From NCBI GenBank assembly GCA_002269645.1, contig NIVC01003486.1, positions 1 through 47,593 of the forward strand: a DNA stretch of 47,593 nucleotides, written 5' to 3'. The first letter of the stretch is position 1. Every line of letters begins with the position of its first letter. The notes under the pieces were generated by a model. The model made no database searches and was not told the origin of the DNA. It was given only the letters and a program-made list of their open reading frames with translations. The DNA comes from Macrostomum lignano. Taxonomy: Eukaryota. Below are positions 12,556 through 23,403 of this stretch, piece after piece. Made by a program: the position numbers and the translations under genes.

Positions 12556-12663
12556 TACTCGGCTTCTTCTAGCAAAGTGGGCTGGCTTCTCCAATTGCAG
12601 CTGGGTCTGATATGCACAAAATAGGAGCTCTTGCAACGAGCGGGCGTCCCAACAGCGCTTGTA
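12555..12663 (-). pseudogene. Orphaned 3' fragment of the putative exon at 43920..44411
   Basis: Matches the last ~36 codons (TSAVGTPARCKSSYFVHIRPSCNWRSQPTLLEEAE*); upstream sequence is replaced by unrelated DNA. Confidence 0.5.
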
Positions 12664-13196
12664 AATATAAGAGAAAAGTGGGGGAGAGGTCGCGCATGTG
12701 CATACTGTATGTACATCAACTATGAGTCAAGACTCTAAATTCCAAAACCGGTTGGCTAAAGCGAGATTGCGCAATACAGTGGGCCCAGATGGCCTTCGAA
12801 GGTTAAATGAATGAAAACAAATAATAAAGAGCAAAATGAAGGGAGTCAACACAGAATAAAAAAAGTTAATAAGTAAATAAATAAATAAATAAGTAGAGTG
12901 AAAGTGCACCATGTACGGTGTCACTTAACTGGCAGAAGCTGGTTCGAGCTGGTTGTGGCAGAGCAGATCCCGAAGGCTCCTCTCTTTAGTGAAGGCCGGC
13001 AGTACAGGGGCACCGTCGTCCCTCACCGTCCCTCACCTTGGCAACCAGGGTGTCTGACCCAGCGCAGTGCGGCACGATCAGTGGGATCACCGGATTGTGC
13101 AGCACCCCAGTCAGCTCGTTGGCGCCATGTGGGACCAGAGTCTTCAGGACCGCGATGAGTATTAAATGCAAAGTAGGTAGGAAAGGAGCCTAGTGG

Positions 13197-13202
13197 AGAG
13201 AG

Positions 13203-13259
<57 letters not shown>

Positions 13260-13275
13260 GAGAGAGAGAGAGAGG
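13197..13275 (+). repeat. (AG)n microsatellite
   Basis: Directly visible. Confidence 0.97.
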
Positions 13276-14644
13276 AGGGCATCTCCAATCCCAGGCACTG
13301 ACACGGTATTTCTTCGTCATTGGCAAAATGGGCACATCTTAGACCATGTACACGCGTTGAGCACAGTGGTATTGATCACCAAATCGCGATCTTTTAATCT
13401 CTACGCGATTCATATCCTACGATTGATGTACGTAAGGCGACGAAAAAATATGTACAGGCCGTGTGATCATGCAAAAACTTGCCTAATTTTGAACGAGCAG
13501 TGTGAATGAGCCTTTAAAGATATTCTCTGTCCCTCTAGACTGCCAGCTATAATCGATGACCAACATGACCAAACGCAGATCAGATTAACTCACTAGCTAC
13601 TGGGCCCAATATATGTGCCAACCTATTTGCAACCGGTAATCTGAAATATTGAATACATTGAAAACAAAAGATTCCGATAACGTACCGGACCAGTCGGCTC
13701 TTTTTTGACGTTAAGTTTGTGATGTTCGTGACATAAAGAGTTTAAAACAGACATCGTAATGTGAGCTTTGAATCACGCGAATAGCATTTTTTCGGTGCTC
13801 AGAAACGGAGCAATGCAGGCTCACGAAATTCAAGTACACTGGCAAAGTTTTAATTACCTTCTGAAACAACAATCAAGTCGCCAGCCCTCCGGACCGTCGA
13901 GATATTCAACGATTCTGCCACAAGGTCGGATTGTTAACTAAGCGATGGTGTATCCAACACACTCCTGTGCGCCAATCAGCACTGCGCCTCAGTGCGGCCT
14001 TTCCCAGCCTCCAAACTTCATCAGCAAGTCGACCCAAGGGGCCTGCATCAGCTCTGACTTTGTTTCTCACTGGCCTTCACCCAGGCTTAGCTTCTGAACA
14101 TTCAAAAGGTGGCAGCAGGTGACTATGCACCACCCCCCGTTGCGAATTTCTCGAGTTTCGCTGATCAAGCCTCGACAGTGGGTGCAACCTCAACTGCTGG
14201 ATATCCTCAGCTGGTGTCTCAAGCATTCTGTCATCACCCCGTCGCCATCGACACCTTCAACAGATAAGGGGACTAATTATTATAAACATAACGAAACACA
14301 TCAACTAAAACAGCAGTCTTAGCTGCCGATTTAGTATTCGCCATAGACTATAAATCGGCTCTCACTGCGAGAAAATGCATTGATTTTATAGGGACTGTTT
14401 CTGGCAGTTTTTACAGGCAGATTTTATGGGTAAACATTCCATAGATGAGCTCAGCCTAACCCTAAAAATTGCTATTAAACCAAGTTGAATTAAAATTACC
14501 AAACAGTTTCTTTTAAATCGTAACTGACTAGCAAATATTTTAAGTCAGCTTTAGTATAAGTGACTTCGAATAAGCCCGCTTCGAGGGAGACAGGCTTTGT
14601 ACAGGCTTGTTGTCGAGATACTGTAAAAAGTTCCGACCTCCGGT

Positions 14645-14960
14645 TTGTCACTGACTTGAACGTAGCGGCCATTAAGGATTTCTTCTCGCACCTGCTGCTC
14701 GACCAGCTGCCGGTAACTGTTAACTGATAGGTAGTTCTGAATTTCTGACATAGTTGAGGCTCTTTCTGACGGGTCAGGGCAGGTGAGTTGGAAGCCGTTG
14801 CGGATGCCATTCAGCAGGAATTCGCGGTCAGGATCGTCAGTCAGCTCAGTTTCCCAGGCGGCTGTGGCGAGGTCGGATGAGAAAGCGACGGACTCGAGGG
14901 GCTTGGGACAGGGCCAGCCGGGGGCAGCGGGGGTTCGACTTTGGCTTCCGCCGGGGCAGC
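14645..14960 (-). pseudogene. N-terminal fragment of DIRS/Ngaro ORF2 (pre-RT region)
   Basis: My translation: AWETELTDDPDREFLLNGIRNGFQL...QNYLSVNSYRQLVEQQVREEILNGRYVQVSDKPEV, followed by an abrupt switch to unrelated sequence. Confidence 0.7.
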
Positions 14961-14995
14961 TGCGCTGCCAGTTGAGCCCCCCGGCCGGCCACGAT

Positions 14996-16073
14996 CTAGT
15001 TTTTTGAAGTGCAGAACTGGCGTGGGTGCGCTTCGTAGCAGGCGGAGCAGACGTGCGTGAACTTGCAGTCGCGCCGTAGGCAGCCGTTGCGGTTGAACTT
15101 CACGCACAGCTCCCGCCCCTCAGGATCGATCGGGCCGACGAAGCCGGACAGCTGCTGCTTTGGCCTACTGGGCTTGAAGTTGGTGCGCTGGGAGATCGCG
15201 TTTCCGCCCTGCATGATTTGACTTTGGTGCCAGAATGTGCTTGAATAGCAGCTGCAGCGACCACCGCTCCCAGCTGCCGCTCGACTGATGTTGCAGGATC
15301 CTGAAGTCTTCATCGTAACAGTTGAGGGCGGCCTGACTGAAACCCTGGTGCATAAACTCGCCGAACTGCACACAGTAGCGAACGTAGGCCTTCAGCTGTT
15401 CAAGATCCACCGCGCCATCCTTAACGGTGACCAAGGACCCCTCGTCGAGGAGTTTCAGCAGGATTCGGTTGCTGCCTGCTACCCACTGACCCGCCGAGAT
15501 CTGCTCAGTCCGGACTCTGGACCTCTCGCCAGAGGCAGGCTCCTCGCCATCACGGTTGATAAAGTCCTTCACCAGAAGGGGCTTTGACGGTCCCGACGGC
15601 CTGGCAGAAGTGCTGTAGAGGCCTTGAAGGCCCAGGTCTGGCAGTCCCAGCTCCGGCTCATAGGCAGCAGGGGACCGGTCAATCGGCAAGGGGCTCCGCA
15701 ACTTACGGCTCTGTTGGCCAGGCTTGTTCTCCAGCTCAGCCTCGATCTCAGCAGTCTGGCGTTGAAGATTCCTCAGCCGAAGCAGCTTCTCCTGACGGGC
15801 GATCCTCTGGTCCAGATCGTCGGTGCCCTGCGGGGCGCCAGCCTCGTCCAGGGTCGCTTCCTCATCGTCGTCGCTGCTGCTGGTGCTGACTCGGTCGATT
15901 TCGCTCGAGTGAGTGGCTGTTGGCCGTCTACGTCGCTTGGCTTGATTTGAGAAACTGGCTTGTTCCAGTCTGACTTGCAACTCTCGCTTGCGACCGCCAC
16001 TGGGCAGTCCCAGTTGGCGTAGACGGTCTCTAAGCTGCCTTGCAGTCATTTGGTCAATTGAAATCTCGGCCAT
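14996..16073 (-). CDS. ORF1 (gag-like): N-terminal SAP domain and C-terminal zinc finger; one frameshift near 15205-15215
   Basis: SAP-like IDQMTARQLRDRLRQLGLPSGGRKRELQVRL. After a frame change it continues GNAISQRTNFKP...CVKFNRNGCLRRDCKFTHVCSACYEAHPRQFCTSKN*. Confidence 0.75.
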
Positions 16074-16958
16074 TGCAGTTGCAGCCTAGGCAGCACTCAC
16101 CCACTCCGTACGATAAAAAAAATTCATGCAGCGCGAGAAAGGTGAGGCAGGCTGATTAAAACCTAGGTGACATAAACCTCACGGCGGAGGGGTGCAGTGC
16201 AGAGGGGGGTTGACTTGGGGTGGGTGTTTACAACCAATCAGCAAACGCCGATTGGACACCACATATCCTATACCCCGGTAACTCTACAGCTAATGCAGTC
16301 TACATTGTGAAACAAACCTATCAAAATGAAATTGCAGCCTCAGGCCCTCGTGATCCCAATCAGATTTCCAATCCAATGAATCAAGTTGCTAAACAACAGA
16401 CAGTGAACAAAACATAAACGAAGGCTGTCCCAAAAGCAGTGTTACTTTTCATTATATCTCTCGTTCTGATAATCCAAATAACATTGTTTTGCACAGATTT
16501 ATAGCGGCAACTATCTTTTTCCATATTTTTTCCAACATATTTTAAAACAGACGATAGAAACAAAACTTATGCACAAAAATGTAACAGGAACTCGAATTTC
16601 CAAATGGAGGTGCCCAGTTCGGGATTTAATATTTATACAATAGATTTGCACAAGATCATGCGTCTCTCGAACGCTCTCCAACTTTTTTTTGAAATTATGA
16701 TGCAATCAGCACGCATTACTGGAGATTTCAGTTAAATAATTTTCAACTGAATCAGAATGTGAAGATATGAAACTATTGACTTCACAAATTCAAAAGTACA
16801 TGCATGCAAATACAATTGCCTCTTTGCTTCAGTTTCATCTCACATTAGTCTAAGTAGATTATTAATTTGCATATTTTAAACAATAATAATTTGCAAATTC
16901 CTGCACCCTGAAACCAGCACGACGAAACGGAGCATAAAATATCACAGAACTGGAAACA

Positions 16959-17410
<452 letters not shown>

Positions 17411-17658
17411 AGCCCCCTTCTGTTGTATTAAACTTCAAGCACTAGAAAGCAATACTGCTCCATCACAATCCAATCACTTTCTCAGCCAATCAGATCAGAG
17501 GCTGCTCTGCCTCCTACATTCACTTAGGACAGCTCTGTCTACTTATTTCCTGTCTCCTTTCTCGGCGATCTGCGCTGCTTCAGCGAGCGCGCAGTTGCTA
17601 ACACGGAGAGTAAAAACAACTCATTGCACCCCGACGACCAAACTGTCAAGCCAAGCAG
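17411..17658 (+). promoter_or_regulatory. Conserved 5' flank (putative promoter/5'UTR) of the GPCR
   Basis: ~250 bp shared by all three copies; contains two CCAAT motifs (~17471, ~17486). Function is inferred from position only. Confidence 0.3.
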
Positions 17659-18789
17659 ATGGACGCCGACCTGCTTGAGAATGCTACCAATGGCATGAAC
17701 TCATCCGCTCCGGCCATTGCTGGCTTCAAAGACGTTTCCATGTCGACTCAAGCGGCCATCGGACTAGTGGCAACATTCGCCACATTCGCCCTCGTGCTGA
17801 ACTCGTTTCTGCTGTTCATCCTGATTCGCAGCCAGGTGCGCGAACGCTCTGCCGGCATGCAGGTGCTCACTGTTATGGAAATACTGCTCAGTGTGGCCCT
17901 ACTGTCGCTGTTCATCAGCATGATGGCGGCCAAGGACCCCGGAGCTCTGCCGCAGGAGCTCGGGCTCGGAGTTCACGCCGTTCAGATGACTCGCAACTAC
18001 TGGCTGCTGGCCGTCACTCTGCACCGAATGGCCATCACGGTGCGGCCTCAGCTGGCCGCCCAACGGAATGACTATTTTCGCGGCAGGCATCAGTTCTCGA
18101 TTGTGTGCTTGATTGTGTGCCTCTCGACTCTGACTCTGCTCGCTAGAAGTCCCACGCTGACTGGTGCAGTGGATAAGCAAGCCAATGCAACTGCAGAGAA
18201 TGCTCTCGTGGCTTATATTCGCGTCTACCTCATCAAGTCGGTGAGCTTCGCCGCTCTGGGCGTCATGCTGCCAGGCCTGGCGATTCTGGCCGCTACCGCC
18301 AAGATCGCGCACGCCCTGCGCTACCGACTGGCGCCGCACCGGGCCACCAACCGGGTGACGAAGATGGTTCTGACTCTGTCCATCGGCTTCGTGCTACTCG
18401 AGTCTCCACTGGCTATAACCTATACCGTCACCTGCGGCTACCTGTTGAACAGTTTGACACTGCCGTTGGACCAATCTGATTTTGCCAGGCTGCAGGTGCT
18501 GGAGGAGCTGGCCACCTGGGGCATGGTGTTCGTACCGGTTGACTCCTGCCTGAACTTTCTGGTGCTCCTTTGCTACAGCCGATCGGTGCGATGGTTCCTG
18601 CGCAGCAGCATGCAGAAGTACAGGCGGCGACGGCGGTTGCGTCAGCACCGTAGCCGACGCCGGTGCCTTCGGAAGCGTCTGGAAAAGCAGCTGCGGCAGC
18701 AAGCGAAGCTGCGTCGATCGCTGCAGAAACAGCGGGAACGAGAGCTGCAGGCCGACGGGTATGCGCGCTTTGGGTCGGTTTTGACTTGA
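17659..18789 (+). CDS. Intronless rhodopsin-like (class A) 7TM GPCR, 376 aa, copy B
   Basis: Seven hydrophobic segments; N-glycosylation sequons at N8 and N14; TM1 N (VLNS); LHRM at the DRY position; TM6 LESP; TM7 DSCLNFLVL; basic C-tail. Resembles invertebrate peptide/chemoreceptor-type GPCRs. Confidence 0.88.
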   Translation: MDADLLENATNGMNSSAPAIAGFKDVSMSTQAAIGLVATFATFALVLNSFLLFILIRSQVRERSAGMQVLTVMEILLSVALLSLFISMMAAKDPGALPQELGLGVHAVQMTRNYWLLAVTLHRMAITVRPQLAAQRNDYFRGRHQFSIVCLIVCLSTLTLLARSPTLTGAVDKQANATAENALVAYIRVYLIKSVSFAALGVMLPGLAILAATAKIAHALRYRLAPHRATNRVTKMVLTLSIGFVLLESPLAITYTVTCGYLLNSLTLPLDQSDFARLQVLEELATWGMVFVPVDSCLNFLVLLCYSRSVRWFLRSSMQKYRRRRRLRQHRSRRRCLRKRLEKQLRQQAKLRRSLQKQRERELQADGYARFGSVLT

Positions 18790-19647
18790 TTAGAGTAGGC
18801 TAATGACAATTTTCTATGGCGCCACTTTTACTAAGAATACGAAGACGCAAGATTAAGGTGTACTTGAGTGCTATAGTGCTTCTAATTAGTTCCATTGGCA
18901 TCCGTCTTTAAATTGCACTAGCGAAGGAAATACACCAGTCTTTCAAATTTCTTGAGGGAATTCTCTGGTCTTCTTGGCTACAAGAAGTCTTGGACAAGAC
19001 ATTCATTATATTTCTTCATCCATGATGTTCTGCATACATTTTCATATAAAAGTTAGCGTAATTGTTTTTGAAGATTTAGGGGCTTATTATCTTATTATAA
19101 GCCCAACCTTCATCTCATTTCGTAATTTGGTACCATTTTTCACACAAGTAACACCTGGCTTTCTTTTAGAGTTGTTGACACCTGCAGACACTTGCCGGTG
19201 ACACTCGGGTCATCGGAATTACCGAGGACCAGTTTGCAAACTATTCGCAGTGTAAAACATAATTTATAATATCAGACTAGTAGAATGCAAAGTGTTCATT
19301 TAAAGAACTTGCGAAACCAGCCTGGGTAGAATGAAAATACCTTTGGTTTTTTCTTTCATCTTATTTACAGATCGAGACAGCAGTTATCGGCTCCACCAGA
19401 TGCGACCGCAAATTCTCGCAGTTTAGTGGACTAAAAGACAGTGGAGACGACCATGGTTGAAGTAAATGAGGCATAGCTAAACTAGCCATTTTTGGTGCAC
19501 TCGAGCGTGTGTGTGTGACACCTGAGGATGATGTGTATATAAACTGATGATGATACATAATGTATTTAATTTCATCCAACCACAGCGAACGGTAGGGAAG
19601 ATCGTTAACTTTGCGTGGTTTATAACTTTCGTCCCAGGGTGTAGCGA

Positions 19648-20140
19648 TCCAGGTAGTACGAGCGTATATATTATCCAGGTAGTATATATCGTCCAGGTAG
19701 TATATATCGTCCAGGTAGTATATATCGTCCAGGTAGTATATATCGTCCAGGTAGTATATATCGTCCAGGTAGTATATATCGTCCAGGTAGTATATATCGT
19801 CCAGGTAGTATATATCGTCCAGGTAGTATATATCGTCCAGGTAGTATATATCGTCCAGGTAGTATATATCGTCCAGGTAGTATATATCGTCCAGGTAGTA
19901 TATATCGTCCAGGTAGTATATATCGTCCAGGTAGTATATATCGTCCAGGTAGTATATATCGTCCAGGTAGTATATATCGTCCAGGTAGTATATATCGTCC
20001 AGGTAGTATATATCGTCCAGGTAGTATATATCGTCCAGGTAGTATATATCGTCCAGGTAGTATATATCGTCCAGGTAGTATATATCGTCCAGGTAGTATA
20101 TATCGTCCAGGTAGTATATATCGTCCAGGTAGTATATATC
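19648..20140 (+). repeat. 18-bp tandem minisatellite, ~26 units
   Basis: Unit gtagtatatatcgtccag, near-perfect. Confidence 0.98.
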
Positions 20141-21137
20141 ATTCGGGTAGTATGTACAGTATACAGCGTTCCCGATGTTTATCTACGTCGCTGTCAAATG
20201 GGTAGTTTTAAGTTACACTGACGCAATTTAAGAATACTCATTCGCCAGCGACGGCCATCGATATCGGGTACATTGGATGCGTCGGTGGTTGGTGCAGGGG
20301 TATTATTTGCGAGCGACATGCGACAAGGAAAATTTTTATAAGTTATTCATTTTTCGAAGTTAATTCACATGTGTTTTATGCTGAAGTTTTGGCTGAAACC
20401 CTCTAACCAAAAATGTGTTGAAAATTTCTGTTCTTATTATCTGTGAGTCTTTAGAGGTATTAATATTTTTAAAACGATTTTTGTCAAGACCTCATTGACC
20501 TATTTTTACACTGAGTTTTTAACCAATCCGTCTTTAGAAAGCAACCCTCTTTGATGCTGTTAATGACATACCTTATTTGGCTTAACTTTCCTTTTAGCCT
20601 TGGAAAATGCATACGCACGCACTTATTTGCAATTCTTATTTGATAGCAGGTGGTACGATCTATATAAAACTTATTAGCTCACTCACTCTGACTAATTATT
20701 GAACTCATCCAGGTTATTCAGATAAAATTTTATTTTTTAGCAAATTGCATTAACGATTATGTAAATTTTAATTTCATCCATTTCAATAGTTCTTAGTTCA
20801 AAAATCAATAAATAATTTATAACTATCTCATCGTCCCTACTGCACTTCCCAATTGGTAATTCAATCCATTCTCTAACTTATCAAATTGAAGCTTGAAAAT
20901 ACTGATGCCCTCATACTCAGAATGTTCTCTTATCGCGAATAGGCATGCTCCTGAACAGCGCAATGCTGTTCTCAAAAGAAGATGAGAAACGCATGAGAAT
21001 CACTCCTGACCAGCGCATGAGAATCATGAGCAGTACTCGCTCAGAGAACCAGCCTTACTAATCAACTTTTTTTAGTTGTAGACAAGCAAGACGCAGCTGG
21101 ATTTAGAATTAAGTTGATCACCATTAGAACAAATCCA

Positions 21138-21552
<415 letters not shown>

Positions 21553-21879
21553 TCGGTGTATTTCCTAAAAGAGATGTTTTTGATAAAAAGTTACACAGAA
21601 AAAGACTGTTATTGGCGAGAAAAATTACTGCTTTCGGTAGGATTATTCATGCGTGCTGAAAGCAGCGAGATGACACAGCAGGTTGAAAATCACGGAGCTG
21701 GGAAGGAAGAAAAGGACATGCAGATGGGATTAAACTAGCTTCTGCGACGAGTGGGCGGAGATGAAAGGAGGAGAAAGCGCAGTGTGGGCTGCAGGGTGCC
21801 GCTGCTAGAATGCCATCCGAAAATAACACAGCCTAAAATTACTATTCGTCAAGCAGCTCTACAAGTCTGTTCAGAGGAT

Positions 21880-22830
21880 TCCCTGCCATTTCAAATACTT
21901 CAACAATAGCCGGCAAGTTGTCTTGACATAAATTAAATAGAAACAAAAAACCTTTTGAACTACTTGTGAACAGCGGTTGTGATTTGATGTGATTTAGACA
22001 CTGCAGCCAAGCTCACTAGTGTCCGACAATGAGGATTTGAGGGAGCAGTGGAGGCTCCATAGCGTAGGCTACGACTTTATTCAATCAGTCAAACTAATCA
22101 GTTCAAAGTAGCAATGAAGAAAGATGATCTTCTTCATACAAGACATTGGTTTGCCTCTACTAAACGCCGTCATTGACGAGACTCTTAGGCTTACTACAGA
22201 CAATCCTTTCGGGTGCTTTTCGGGAAGTGCAATGCAATTCGATATCCGTTGGAAATTTTCCTTATCGTAGGTAGTTATCTTGGCTCCGTGTGATACAGAT
22301 TTCAAAGAGAAAAAAGAGTCATGAGAGCCACACAGCGATTGTATAAAAGAAGCTTTGCATTTGAGGTTTGTGAAATTTCCAGAGGTTCAAAATCCGGACT
22401 CTGACTGGGAAAGCGTTTCTATCAGTGAAGCAAAGCAGTGAATTTAGTGGCCAAAATAGGTAATATGAGGTTAAAATAGTCAGGAACAGGTAGAAGATCA
22501 GAATCTAAGTTTGCTAGTCCGATGGGAAGAAGTTATGTTTGTTGTTGACATTAGGCCACTGGCACGTACGGATAGTAACAAGTTGACAGAAAATGCTTGC
22601 AGAAGTTCACGAGACTATTGAGACACAGTTCCGATTTTGTCGTGTTATTATATTTCTTACAGACTGAGTTCACTTGCACTGTACGTAGCTGCAAATATTA
22701 GAAACTAGAAGCTGTTGTGTAAGTAAAAGCTTTAAGCATGCTTTCACGTTGACATTCCCAGACGATGCAGCTCTTCATCCAGACCTCTCAGGCGTCTGTA
22801 CTAAGCTCGCGTGGGACGTCCTGCCTTTTG
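21880..22830 (+). pseudogene. Diverged inverted paralog of the decayed coding region at ~2950-3960
   Basis: 22130..22320 aligns to the reverse complement of ~3460..3650 (cttcatacaagac...caatcctttcg...gaattcgatatccgttggaaattt-like...gatttca). 22770..22830 aligns to the reverse complement of ~3020..3080. Confidence 0.6.
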
Positions 22831-22989
22831 AAGCTTATACCCTGTCTGGCTTTGACATAATCTCCATGAGCGCATTGCTCAAGTCAGCTTGCGATTGAAC
22901 GAGCGGTTGGGTTGCTTTCACAAGACCGAAACTAGAAAGACCGAAATTGCACATCGTAGAAAAATTAATACAACAAGGCCATGCAGTAT

Positions 22990-23215
22990 TTTCGCGTTGT
23001 GAAGTTTTCGGTCTTGTGAAGGGCATTGCATATGGAGTTTTTGACGTTGTGAAGTTTCGGTCTTGTGAAGGGCCTTGCATATGGAGTTTTTGACGTTGTG
23101 AAGTTTCGGTCTTGTGAAGGGCCTTGCATATGGAGTTTTTGTCGTTGTGAAGTTTTCGGTCTTGTGAAGGGCCTTGCATATGGAGTTTTTGACGTTGTGA
23201 AGTTTCGGTTTAATG
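22990..23215 (+). repeat. ~49-bp tandem repeat, ~4.5 units
   Basis: Unit gacgttgtgaagtttcggtcttgtgaagggccttgcatatggagttttt. Confidence 0.93.
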
Positions 23216-23403
23216 AAGTTTCAGGCCGGAATTTCTCCAGCATCAATATTTATTTATTAATCTTCAATCGGCTTTAGAGATTTAAGGATGTGAAGTTTTA
23301 GCTTGCAAACGAATCAAATAGGAAGAGGTGCAAATTATCAAGGGCTAAGCGCAACGTTTCATTTTTGACTTTTGATCGTTGTATCTTTAACGGTAAGCTA
23401 AGA

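Larger units (their letters stand above)
14645..16300 (-). mobile_element. 3'-truncated tyrosine-recombinase-class (DIRS/Ngaro-like) retrotransposon
   Basis: Gag-like ORF1 with YDEDFR...W and a C-terminal Cys/His finger, followed by an adjoining ORF2 start typical of DIRS/Ngaro RT ORFs. No RT catalytic core or YR is visible, and the termini are not defined. Confidence 0.7.

Noticed and set aside
11646-12610. SQSV-repeat ORFs (also 43450..43937)
   Set aside because: (TCAG)n translation artefacts.
12660-13150. Possible LTR (TG start) with a PBS-like tggcgccatgtgggacc at ~13119
   Set aside because: No second LTR, the PBS-like motif is not preceded by CA, and no gag/pol follows.
17899-18702. 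Antisense ORFs over the GPCR, piggyBac, gypsy and DIRS ORFs (e.g. 17899..18339, 24522..24860, 28532..29143)
   Set aside because: Shadow frames expected opposite GC-rich coding sequence.
19477-20221. TTWTIY / VYIVQV repeat ORFs, and IYLS at 21114..21518
   Set aside because: 18-bp satellite and (TATC)n artefacts.
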